A stretch of 64,000 nt of DNA, from NCBI GenBank assembly GCA_938005745.1, contig CALLMM010000018.1, forward strand, positions 1,454-65,453. The letters are read 5' to 3'. The notes beneath the pieces are model-generated. The model saw only the letters and a program-made list of their open reading frames with translations, did no database searches and was not told the DNA's origin. Position 1 is the stretch's first letter. Each line of letters opens with the position of its first letter. Origin of the DNA: an uncultured Chthonomonadales bacterium. GTDB taxonomy: Bacteria; Armatimonadota; Chthonomonadetes; Chthonomonadales; CAJBBX01. This document shows, piece by piece, positions 37,956 through 46,794 of the stretch. A program made the position numbers and the translations under genes.

Positions 37956-39350
37956 ATGTCGGAACAGATCCTGCGCGCCGCTCCCCGACAGAGCCTGCCG
38001 ACCGCCTTCCATGCTATGACCAAACCCATCGGTCCGATCTGCAATCTCGACTGCCGGTACTGCTTCTATCTGGAGAAGGAGACGATGTACGCGCAGGAGG
38101 GACGGCGCGAACGCCCCTCCTGGCAGATGCCCGATGAGACGCTGGAGAGCTATATCCGTCAGTATATCGAGCAGCAGGACGCGCCGGAGATCAGTTTCGC
38201 CTGGCAGGGCGGCGAGCCGACGCTGCTGGGCGTCCGCTTCTTCCGCCGGGTCGTGCAGCTGCAACAGAAGTACGCCGGAGGCAGGCGCATTCTGAACGCG
38301 CTGCAGACCAATGGAACCCTGCTCAATGACGAGTGGGGCGCGTTCCTGGCGGAGAACGGCTTTCTGATCGGCTTGAGCATAGACGGTCCTCGTGAGCTGC
38401 ACGACGCCTACCGGGTAGATAAGCACGGAAGACCGACCTTTGACGCCGTCATGCAGGGGCTGTCGCTGCTCAAAAAGCACGGCGTTGAGTTCAATACACT
38501 CACCGTCGTCCATCGCCGCAGCGCGCAGCAGCCCCGCCAAGTCTACCGCTTCCTCAAGGAGATCGGCTCCGGCTTCCTGCAGTTCATTCCGCTGGTGGAG
38601 CGCGCCGCGCCGGGACCGCTCTCGTCCGGGAGCGGGCTGATCCAACTGACGCTGGCAGCCCCGCCCAAAGCGACCGAAGCGCGCGCGCCGGTCACGGAGT
38701 GGAGCGTGCGCCCGGAGGACTGGGGAGCCTTTCTGACCACGATCTTTGACGAATGGGTCCGGCGCGATGTGGGGCGGGTCTTTGTGCAGCACTTCGACGT
38801 CGCGCTCGGTATCTGGTCCGGAGCCGGCTCCGCGCTCTGCGTCTTTGCGGAGACCTGCGGCAGAGCGGTCGCCGTCGAGCATAACGGCGATGTCTACGCC
38901 TGCGATCACTACGTCTATCCGGAGTACCGGCTGGGCAATCTGCGCGAGAAGCGGCTGATCGAGATGGTCGCCTCGCCGGAGCAGGTTCGGTTCGGGCGGG
39001 ACAAAGCCGACACACTGCCCGGCTACTGCCGCCGATGTTCGGTTCGGTTCGCCTGCAACGGCGAATGCCCCAAACACCGCTTCCTGCGAACACCGGACGG
39101 CGAGTACGGCTTGAACTACCTCTGCGCGGGCTATAAACGCTTCTTCACGCATATTGATCCCTATATGCGGACGATGGCATCCCTCCTGCAGGCGCGGCGC
39201 GCCCCGGCGGAGATCATGCAGATGATCGCGGAGCAGGAGAGGCGGCAGGCGAACCCGGTCTGCGCGTCCGGGCGCACGGTCGGGCGCAACGACCCTTGCC
39301 CCTGCGGAAGCGGCAGAAAGTACAAACAGTGCTGTCTGGAGAGACGATGA
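37956..39350 (+). CDS. Anaerobic sulfatase-maturating enzyme (radical SAM/SPASM) with C-terminal SEC-C zinc motif
   Basis: CNLDCRYC (CX3CX2C, 38040-38063). SPASM-type Cys clusters (...CVFAETCG...CDHYVYPE...CRRCSVRFACNGECPK). C-terminal CPCGSGRKYKQCC. AAGGAGG RBS before ATG 37956. Confidence 0.88.
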   Translation: MSEQILRAAPRQSLPTAFHAMTKPIGPICNLDCRYCFYLEKETMYAQEGRRERPSWQMPDETLESYIRQYIEQQDAPEISFAWQGGEPTLLGVRFFRRVVQLQQKYAGGRRILNALQTNGTLLNDEWGAFLAENGFLIGLSIDGPRELHDAYRVDKHGRPTFDAVMQGLSLLKKHGVEFNTLTVVHRRSAQQPRQVYRFLKEIGSGFLQFIPLVERAAPGPLSSGSGLIQLTLAAPPKATEARAPVTEWSVRPEDWGAFLTTIFDEWVRRDVGRVFVQHFDVALGIWSGAGSALCVFAETCGRAVAVEHNGDVYACDHYVYPEYRLGNLREKRLIEMVASPEQVRFGRDKADTLPGYCRRCSVRFACNGECPKHRFLRTPDGEYGLNYLCAGYKRFFTHIDPYMRTMASLLQARRAPAEIMQMIAEQERRQANPVCASGRTVGRNDPCPCGSGRKYKQCCLERR

Positions 39351-40684
39351 TGCGACCCAACATTCTCTACCTTCACTCGCACGACACGGGGCGGTATCTT
39401 CAGCCCTACGGCTATGCGGTCGCCACGCCCAACCTGCAGCGGCTGGCGGAGGAGGGCGTTCTGATGCGGCAGGCTTTCTGCGCCGCGCCGACCTGCTCGC
39501 CCTCGCGCGCCGCGCTGCTGACCGGGCAGTGCGCCCACTCCGCCGGGATGCTGGGACTGGCGCATCGGGGCTTCGCGCTCACCGATCCGTCGCAGCACCT
39601 GGCGCGGACGCTGCGCGACGCAGGCTACTTCACCGGGCTGTGCGGCTTGCAGCATGTGATGCCGCCGGAGGAGTCGGCGCAGGCGCAAGCCGGATATGCG
39701 GCGGTGCTGGGGACGCCCCGCAATGCGGAGCAGGCGGCGGCGCAGTTTCTGCAGAGCGCGCCGGAGGAGCCGTTCTTTCTGGATGTCGGCTTTTTTGAGA
39801 CCCATCGGGTCGGCGTCTGGCATCATGAGGACGGTCCCCGCGGCGACCCGCGCTATACGCGCCCGCCCGCGCCGCTGCCGGACACTCCGCAGACCCGGCA
39901 GGATATGGCGGACTTCGCCGCGAGCGCGACGATCCTGGACCGGAAGATCGGGACGGTTCTGCAGGCGCTGGAGCACAGCGGACGGGCGGAGAATACGCTG
40001 GTTCTCTACACCACCGATCACGGCATCGCCTTCCCCGGCATGAAGTGCAATCTGACCGATCATGGCATCGGCGTCGCCTGCATTCTGCGCTGGCGGAAGC
40101 GGTGGGATGGCGGACAGGTCCTCAATTCGCTGGTCTCTCAGATTGACCTCTTCCCGACCCTGTGCGACTACCTGGAGATCGCCCCGCCGCCCTGGCTGCA
40201 GGGGCAGTCGCTGCGCCCTATTCTGGAGGGTCAGGCGGAGGAGGTAAACGAGACGGTCTTTGCGGAGGTAACGTTCCATGCCGCCTACGAGCCGATGCGC
40301 GCCGTGCGCACGCGCCGCTTCAAGTATATCCGCCGCTTCGATCCTCGCTCCGCTCCGGTGCTGCCCAACTGCGACGACTCCGTCAGCAAAGACCTGCTTC
40401 TGGCGCACGGCTGGCGTGAGCGCGCCCCCGACCACGAACAGCTTTTCGACCTGATCTTCGACCCCAACGAGGCGCATAACGCGGCTGCCGATCCCCGCTA
40501 TGCCGCCGCGCTGGCGGAGATGCGGACGCGGCTGGACGACTGGATGCGCCGCACGAACGACCCGCTGCTGCAGGAGCGGCTGCCGATCCCGCCAAAGGCG
40601 CGGGTTAATTCGCCCGACGGTCTCTCTCCGAACGAGCCGACGCAGAGCGCGTCACGCGCTGAGGGGGGCGGGGAGCGGGTGTGA
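39347..40684 (+). CDS. Cys-type sulfatase (no signal peptide)
   Basis: Signature CSPSRAALLTGQ with Cys50 (39494-39496). N-terminus MMRPNILYLHSHD. ATGA overlap with the anSME stop. Confidence 0.9.
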   Translation: MMRPNILYLHSHDTGRYLQPYGYAVATPNLQRLAEEGVLMRQAFCAAPTCSPSRAALLTGQCAHSAGMLGLAHRGFALTDPSQHLARTLRDAGYFTGLCGLQHVMPPEESAQAQAGYAAVLGTPRNAEQAAAQFLQSAPEEPFFLDVGFFETHRVGVWHHEDGPRGDPRYTRPPAPLPDTPQTRQDMADFAASATILDRKIGTVLQALEHSGRAENTLVLYTTDHGIAFPGMKCNLTDHGIGVACILRWRKRWDGGQVLNSLVSQIDLFPTLCDYLEIAPPPWLQGQSLRPILEGQAEEVNETVFAEVTFHAAYEPMRAVRTRRFKYIRRFDPRSAPVLPNCDDSVSKDLLLAHGWRERAPDHEQLFDLIFDPNEAHNAAADPRYAAALAEMRTRLDDWMRRTNDPLLQERLPIPPKARVNSPDGLSPNEPTQSASRAEGGGERV

Positions 40685-40730
40685 GATTGCTCGGATCGGC
40701 TGCGCCTCCCTCGCAATGACAGGGAAGGGA
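40671..40730. repeat. Dispersed ~60-nt element, copy B, overlapping the sulfatase stop codon
   Basis: GGGAGCGGGTGTGAGATTGCTCGGATCGGCTGCGCCTCCCTCGCAATGACAGGGAAGGGA. Contains the inverted ATTGC...GCAAT arms. Related to 26149-26209. Confidence 0.6.
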
Positions 40731-40860
40731 TCACTGCGACCCCTCACAAGGACAGGGAAGGGATCACTGCGACCCCTCACAAGGACAGGGAAGGGATCAC
40801 TGCGACCCCTCACAAGGACAGGGAAGGGATCACTGCGACCCCTCACAAGGACAGGGGGGA
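40718..40860. repeat. Tandem repeat: 33-bp unit GACAGGGAAGGGATCACTGCGACCCCTCACAAG, 4 perfect copies plus a partial fifth
   Basis: Units 40718-40750, 40751-40783, 40784-40816 and 40817-40849 are identical by inspection, then GACAGGGGGGA. No spacers, so not CRISPR-like. Confidence 0.95.
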
Positions 40861-40938
40861 GTCGCCTATCGTCTCCCTTACAGGGACAGGGAGACCGCTT
40901 TCACATCCGTTCATCACTCACAGAAGAGAGAAAACGCC

Positions 40939-41892
40939 ATGATTCGAGAGACTCTGACGCGCGTATCCGCCGAACGCCTGCGCCACGACCTGTTCTATCT
41001 CAGCTGCGATCCCCTGCCCTTCCGCAAGGTGAACTACACCCGACCGGGGCAGAGCGTCAACTCCCTGACGGAAGCCGACGCCTTCCTGCGCCGCCAACTC
41101 GAGGCGGTCGGCTATACGGTTACCGTCTCCACCTACCGCGTTCAGCCCTTCCGCTGCGATGAGACGAAGCCGCTGCATCACTGGTACGCCGCGCCGCATC
41201 CGGACGATCCCTGGTATGACGCCTCGAATCTGGAGGTAACCCGCCCCGGCAGTGAACGCCCCGAAGAGATCATTCAGTTGATCTCCCACAAGGACTCCAT
41301 GAGCTGGATTCACTCGCCCGGAGCGCACGATAACGCCGTCGGAACGGTCGCCAATCTGGAGATCGCGCGGATATTGGCGGAGTGCGACCTGAAACGATCG
41401 GTGCGCATCCTCTTCTGCAACGAGGAGCATACTCCCTGGACAAGCCGGTTCGCCGCGGAGGAGTCGGCGGCGCGAGGAGACCGCATCCTCGCCGTCCTGA
41501 ACGTCGACTCGCTGGACGGCAAGTCGGAGGAGGAGATGGCAGCCGGGAAGATGAGCCACTGCATCGCGTACAGCGTTGAGGAGGGGCTGCCGCTGGCGGA
41601 GTTTATCGCGGCGTGCGCCGACCGCTACGACCTCGGTCTGGAGACGCGGGTCGTGCACAAGCCGCACATCAACGACGACGACGGCATGTTCATCCACGCC
41701 GGCTACCGCGCCACCGTCATGAATATCGGATCCTGGCCCTACGCCGACTCCGAGTATCATCTGCCGGGCGACATCCCGGAGCGCGTGAACATCGAGAACC
41801 TGAAGCGCAGCACGCAGCTTCTGCTGGCGGCGACGCTGGAGATGGCTGACGGCATCGCCTCCTTTCTCCCACTCGAAAGCCCGCATCCCTGA
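40939..41892 (+). CDS. M28 family metallopeptidase
   Basis: ...SHKDSMSWIHSPGAHDNAVGTVANLEIARIL...ILFCNEEH...VLNVDSLDG... (H/D, EE and D metal-ligand pattern). Confidence 0.8.
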   Translation: MIRETLTRVSAERLRHDLFYLSCDPLPFRKVNYTRPGQSVNSLTEADAFLRRQLEAVGYTVTVSTYRVQPFRCDETKPLHHWYAAPHPDDPWYDASNLEVTRPGSERPEEIIQLISHKDSMSWIHSPGAHDNAVGTVANLEIARILAECDLKRSVRILFCNEEHTPWTSRFAAEESAARGDRILAVLNVDSLDGKSEEEMAAGKMSHCIAYSVEEGLPLAEFIAACADRYDLGLETRVVHKPHINDDDGMFIHAGYRATVMNIGSWPYADSEYHLPGDIPERVNIENLKRSTQLLLAATLEMADGIASFLPLESPHP

Positions 41893-41971
41893 GCATCTCT
41901 ATCTCGTCTGACAGCGCGTCTCGGCATACGGCGAGGATTCCGTTTACATAATAGCCCCCTGCTGTCACCTG

Positions 41972-42012
41972 TATATTCGCAATATCGCATATATGAAACT
42001 ATAGGGTATACT
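41972..42012 (+). promoter_or_regulatory. AT-rich imperfect palindrome plus TATACT -10 box upstream of the ArsR-family gene (candidate operator/promoter)
   Basis: TATATTCGCAATATCGCATATA (41972-41993) matches its own reverse complement at 16/22 positions. TATACT at 42007-42012. Confidence 0.35.
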
Positions 42013-42057
42013 GAGAGAGACAAGGCTGAACGTCTGCCGTTCGAAAGGAAGCGCACG

Positions 42058-42417
42058 GTGCAGAATGCTCTCAGAAGATTCAAAGCGGACATTTTTCAGG
42101 CGCTGGCTCATCCGACCCGCGTCGCCATCGTTGAGGTTCTGTGCGAAGGAGAGGTCTCCGCGGGAGGCTTGATCGAGCGACTGGGCGTAGAGCAGGCAAA
42201 CCTCTCTCAGCATCTGGCTGTCCTGCGAGCAAAGCGGATCGTTGTCAACCGCAAAGAGGGCAATCAGGTATTCTACTCTATTCGCAGCCGTCATCTGATT
42301 GCGGTGCTGCAGGCGATGCGTCTTTACTTCGAGGAGCATCTGAACGAAGTGGTGGAGATGCTGACAGAGATACAGCAGGCGTCTATCCCGACCAACCCTG
42401 CCGGGGAGGTCTCATAA
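42058..42417 (+). CDS. ArsR/SmtB family transcriptional regulator
   Basis: ...IFQALAHPTRVAIVEVLCEGEVSAGGLIERLGVEQANLSQHLAVLRAKRIVVNRKEGNQVFYSI (winged HTH). GTG start after AAAGGAAG. Confidence 0.88.
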   Translation: MQNALRRFKADIFQALAHPTRVAIVEVLCEGEVSAGGLIERLGVEQANLSQHLAVLRAKRIVVNRKEGNQVFYSIRSRHLIAVLQAMRLYFEEHLNEVVEMLTEIQQASIPTNPAGEVS

Positions 42418-42479
42418 GAGCGGGCGACAGCCCCGTTCCGCGCCGGCATGGCAGTCTATTCGTCAGCAAGGAGGTAGAG

Positions 42480-42734
42480 ATGGTCCAGTTCGAACGCACG
42501 AAAGAGACGATATGCGGTCTGGGGGTAGTCATCACATCCTGGTTCGACTACGACGCGCAGGTGTGGTGCGCCAGCGCGCCCGGTATGGTGCATATTCTTC
42601 ATCGAGGCGGGGTTTCGGCGCTTTCGGGCAGCACCAGACCGGAAGCTATCAAGCGCCTGCGATCGCTGCTGGAACATCTCCTGAGAAAAGACGAAACGGA
42701 GAAGGCTGTCCAGACTTCCGGGCAGCCTTCATAG
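42480..42734 (+). CDS. Hypothetical small protein (85 aa)
   Basis: Strong RBS AAGGAGG 5 nt before ATG 42480. The weak by-eye resemblance to the HicB/UPF0150-like pattern (W..Y....W.A..PG......G.T..EA...L..LL...L) is not a confident assignment. Confidence 0.5.
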   Translation: MVQFERTKETICGLGVVITSWFDYDAQVWCASAPGMVHILHRGGVSALSGSTRPEAIKRLRSLLEHLLRKDETEKAVQTSGQPS

Positions 42735-43185
42735 AGGCACGGAACACGATCGGCTGTCGAGAGTCGCAGACCTCTTCCTCTCCCGTACGAGTTGGACACC
42801 AGACCACCATCCTGTTGTGCGACAGAATGGTTCACAGGGCAGTAACGATGATCGCCACCATGATCTTTCCCGGAGACCTCTGCGGACGCTCTTTCAAGCA
42901 GAGACGATTACGCCTCTACTGCGTAAAGCGCGCTGTATCCAGACGTCGCCCTGTCCTTATCACATCGGACGGCTTCCCTCTGAACGCCTCGCAGTATCGG
43001 AAACTGCGCCGCGAGGCAGGCGTCTGGATCGAGACCAATCAACCGGAAACGGTATGCGCGCTGCTGGGACTGGGACATCCCGATGACGAGCCGGGCATAC
43101 ACCGGATCGAGTAGACGGTCTGCCTATCCATGAAGAGGGTTTCCCGGATAGTACTCCCCACAGATTAGCTATTGCGGTTATACGG

Positions 43186-44865
43186 ATGAGATTGATCCTT
43201 GCGGAAGAGTGGCTTCCCAATTCCATACGCTGTCTGCGCAACTACTCCCTGCAGAAGTTCCTTTCTGACCTGATCGCCGGCTTTACAGTCGGTCTGGTCG
43301 CACTGCCTCTGGGGATGGCGTTCGCCATCTCCTCCGGCGTCTCGCCGCAGTCGGGCATCTACTGCGCGATTATCACCGGATTTATCATCTCCGCGCTGGG
43401 CGGCTCGCGCTGTCAGATCGGAGGACCAACCGGGGCGTTTGTGGTGGTAGTCGCCGGCATCGTGGCGAAGCACAACATAGACGGCTTGTTCATGTGCACG
43501 ATGATGGCGGGGGTGATGATCGGTCTCCTCGGGATTACCGGGCTGGGAACGGCGGTCAAATACATCCCCCGTTCTGTCATCATCGGCTTCACCAACGGGA
43601 TCGCGGTGCTGATCGCCAGCACGCAGATCAAGGACTTTCTTGGTCTGCGCATCGAGCATGTCCCCGGCGAGTTTCTGGGACGTATGGAGACGCTTGCGCG
43701 GAATCTGGGAACCCTCTCCCTGCCGACGCTGCTCCTGGCGTCCGGCGCGCTGACGCTCATCCTTCTGATGACGCGGTTCGTCCGGCGTGTCCCTAGTTCG
43801 CTGGCGGCGTTGTTTGCCGGCACAGCGGTCGTGATGATCTTCCATCTGCCGGTAGAGACGATCGGCTCGCGCTTTGGCGGCATTCCCTCCGGACTGCCTC
43901 ACTTCTCCATCCCCGCCTTCCGACCGGACCTCATCGCATCACTGATGCTGCCGGCGGTGACGGTAGCGATGCTGGGAGCGATCGAATCGCTGATGTCTGC
44001 AACGGTTGCGGATCGTATGAGCGGCGACAGGCACAACCCCAACGTAGAACTGGTCGCGCAGGGGATCGCGAATGTGATCTCACCGCTCTTCGGAGGGCTG
44101 CCGGCGACCGGAGCCATCGCGCGCACCGCCACCAATATCCGCTCCGGGGCACAGACGCCCGTTGCCGGGATGATCCATTCGCTGACCCTGCTGCTGGTGC
44201 TTCTGTTTGCGGCGCCTATGGCACGCTTCATTCCGCTGGGCGTGCTGGCGGCGATCCTGTTTGTGGTCGCCTACAACATGGGAGAGTGGCATGAGATACC
44301 AGAGCTGTTGAAACTCTCTTGGGCGGATAAAGGCGTCTGGGCGGTGACATTTGCGCTGACGGTGCTGGCGGACCTGACGGTTGCCGTGATGGTCGGGATG
44401 ATCCTGGCGGCGCTGCTCTATATACGCAAGGTAACACAGACAACCACAGTTTCGATGGTGACGGAAGAGTACATCGAAGAGGCGCGGGAGCATATTCTGC
44501 AGGACAAAGAGATACCGGACTACGTGCGGATCTATCGCATTCACGGTCCGTTTCTGTTCGGAGCCACCGACAAGCTGAACGAGATCACCGACCATCTGGA
44601 GGAGCTGCCGCCGATCGTCGTGCTGCGCCTGCGCAACATGACCGCCATAGACGGAACCGGTCTGCAGGCACTGGAGGATCTGGCGGACCAGCTGCACGCC
44701 TCGGGCAGAACGCTTCTGCTGTGCGGCGCGCGGGAACAGCCCGCCCGCTTAATGCGTCAGGCAGAGTTTGAGCAGCATGTCGGCGCCGAGAACATCTGCG
44801 AAAGTATCGAAGCTGTGCTGAACCGCGCCCGTCAGATATGGGAACAGCGAACCTCCGCCGTATGA
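43186..44865 (+). CDS. SulP family anion (sulfate) permease with C-terminal STAS domain
   Basis: ...DLIAGFTVGLVALPLGMAFAISSGVSPQSGIY..I..GFI.SALGGSR.QIGGPTGAF; STAS: IYRIHGPFLFGATDKL...LRLRNMTAIDGTGLQALEDL. Confidence 0.92.
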   Translation: MRLILAEEWLPNSIRCLRNYSLQKFLSDLIAGFTVGLVALPLGMAFAISSGVSPQSGIYCAIITGFIISALGGSRCQIGGPTGAFVVVVAGIVAKHNIDGLFMCTMMAGVMIGLLGITGLGTAVKYIPRSVIIGFTNGIAVLIASTQIKDFLGLRIEHVPGEFLGRMETLARNLGTLSLPTLLLASGALTLILLMTRFVRRVPSSLAALFAGTAVVMIFHLPVETIGSRFGGIPSGLPHFSIPAFRPDLIASLMLPAVTVAMLGAIESLMSATVADRMSGDRHNPNVELVAQGIANVISPLFGGLPATGAIARTATNIRSGAQTPVAGMIHSLTLLLVLLFAAPMARFIPLGVLAAILFVVAYNMGEWHEIPELLKLSWADKGVWAVTFALTVLADLTVAVMVGMILAALLYIRKVTQTTTVSMVTEEYIEEAREHILQDKEIPDYVRIYRIHGPFLFGATDKLNEITDHLEELPPIVVLRLRNMTAIDGTGLQALEDLADQLHASGRTLLLCGAREQPARLMRQAEFEQHVGAENICESIEAVLNRARQIWEQRTSAV

Positions 44866-45023
44866 CGAGCGCCTGCCTCCTCTCTCTACCCGTCCGGGAT
44901 CTCTTTTCACGCGTGCGCGCGATTTCGTCTCTCTATCTGCGGCGAGAGAAGGAACAATCCGCGCTCTCCTCCCGTCAGTAGAAGGGAAACGCCCCGCAAA
45001 ACTTGCTGGAGGAAGTAATAGAT

Positions 45024-45299
45024 ATGACTCAGGTGTCAGAAGACAGCCCGTCCACTCAGAGCCGTTCCGGACGCGGCTGGCACGGAAACCCGGAGGGACA
45101 CGCCGCCGCCGGACGCAAAGGCGGCGCGAAGGTATCCCAGAATCGCGATCATATGGCGGAGATCGGTAAAAAGGGCGGATCCAAAGTCTCCCAGAACCGA
45201 CAGCACATGGCGGAGATCGGTCGCAAGGGCGGTATGAAGGTCTCCCAGAACCGACAGCACATGGCAGCCATCGGCAAAAAGGGCGGCGAGAGCCGCTGA
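45024..45299 (+). CDS. KGG-repeat general stress protein (GsiB/YciG-like)
   Basis: Three 18-aa repeats KGG.KVSQNR.HMAEIG.; GGAGGAAG RBS before ATG 45024. Confidence 0.8.
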   Translation: MTQVSEDSPSTQSRSGRGWHGNPEGHAAAGRKGGAKVSQNRDHMAEIGKKGGSKVSQNRQHMAEIGRKGGMKVSQNRQHMAAIGKKGGESR

Positions 45300-45325
45300 T
45301 ATCCCGGCATCATCCCCTTCTCCAC

Positions 45326-45358
45326 ACAGCGATAGGATCGTCCTGATCCTATCGCTGT
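45326..45358. terminator. Perfect 14-bp-stem hairpin between convergent genes
   Basis: ACAGCGATAGGATC-gtcct-GATCCTATCGCTGT. Confidence 0.55.
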
Positions 45359-45425
45359 AAGGTATGTTGCGGACAGGACGCCGGGAGCGCGGGTCTGCCG
45401 GTCGGTGCTCGCGCCAGACTGTCGG

Positions 45426-46541
45426 CTACCAGTCGGCGACAGAGCCGTCGGACTCGTGAAACCAGCGTCCCACATCGGTTTTGGGTCCCAGGGGACGCTC
45501 CTTCAGGTACTCCTCGTTCACCTCGATCCCCAGTCCGGGTCCGGTCGGCAGGGCGATATAGCCTTCCTGCACCACGAACGGCTCGCGCAGATAGCCCTCG
45601 CCCAGATGCACATACTCCTGGATGAGGAAGTTGGGAATGCTGGCGTCAATCTGCAGCGCGGCGGCGAGGTTGATCGGACCGTAGGGGTTGTGCGGCGCGA
45701 CGGCGGCATAGTAGCAGTCCGCCATCGCCGCGATATGCGTCGCCTCCAGGATTCCGCCGCAGATGCAGGGATCGGGCTGAAGGATGCTGGCGGCTCCTTT
45801 CTCCAGCACCTCGCGAAAGCCCCATTTGGTAAACAGACGCTCGCCCGTCGCCAGCGGCGTCTTGAACTGTCGGGCGACCCGCTCCAGCGCGTCCACATTC
45901 TCCGGCAGCACCGGTTCCTCAATGAAGAACGGATGCGACTCGCGCATCGCCTCCTCCATCCAGATCGCCATCGTCGGCGAGACCCGCCCGTGAAAGTCCA
46001 GCAGGATGTCCACCCCGTTCCCGACCGCCGCACGAACCGCCGCCACCCGCGCCGCCGCCGCCTCCACGATCGCGTAGTGATCCACCAGACGCACACGGTC
46101 AAACGGACAGAACTTCATCGCCGTGAAGCCGGCTTCCACGACTTGCTTTGCGCTGGCGGCAAGCTCCTCCGGCGTCCATCCGCTCGGGCGCGTATAGACG
46201 CGAACCCGCTCCCGCGTCGGACCGCCCAGAAGCTGGTAGATCGGCACGTTCAACCACTTCCCTTTGATATCCCACAGGGCGATCTCCAGCCCGCTGATGG
46301 CGGCGCAGAGCGTCGGTCCGCCGCGCCAGAACGCCCCGCGAAACATGGACTGCCAGTGATGCACGATTTTGCGCGGATCCTGCCCGATCAGCGCGTGTTC
46401 GAAGCTGCGCACCGCCTCCGCGATGACATAGGCTTTATCTCCCAGACACTCGCCCCATCCGACAATCCCCTCATCCGTCTCGATCTTCAGGAAGAGCCAG
46501 CGCGGCTCCACCGGGTAAGGGATGATCTTCGTGATCTTCAT
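45426..46541 (-). CDS. dgoD: D-galactonate dehydratase (enolase superfamily)
   Basis: [31 protein letters not shown]... is nearly collinear by eye with E. coli DgoD ([31 protein letters not shown]...) and ends ...SVADW. Start at 46541. Confidence 0.9.
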   Translation of the reverse strand: [371 protein letters not shown]

Positions 46542-46794
46542 CGTTCGCCCCTCTGCGTAGTTCGGCGCATGCGGACCGCTTCGCCGCATGGTCGTATGGT
46601 CTGAAGATAGATCATCCGCCGCCGTTTGTCAACCGTCCGCGCCGATCTGCGCGAAACGCGCCGCCCCGCTGCACAGTAGTGATACCGGCAGGAGCAGCCC
46701 CTCCTGCGAAATCCCGTTCGGTCCAGCGCTCCTTTTGCAGGATACCGTCCCTGACGGGGCGAAACGGAGTGCAGCCGGTGCGGAGGCGCATGCG

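Noticed and set aside
40718-40860. Possible CRISPR array
   Set aside because: The 33-bp units are directly abutting with no spacers, and no cas genes are nearby. It is a simple tandem repeat.
40500-41162. ORFs reading through the tandem repeat (plus strand 220 aa with TGKGSLRPLTR repeats; minus strand 40652-40846 with RGRSDPFPVLV repeats)
   Set aside because: The plus ORF overlaps the sulfatase 3' end and the peptidase 5' end out of frame. Neither has a convincing RBS or start context. Openness follows trivially from a stop-free 33-nt (11-codon) unit. A small repeat peptide cannot be strictly excluded.
42826-43114. ~96-aa ORF (MVHRAVTMIATMIFPGDLCGRSF...) upstream of the SulP gene
   Set aside because: No Shine-Dalgarno before any candidate ATG, and no family resemblance. 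Competing ORFs exist on the minus strand. Left unannotated and flagged as a region to check.
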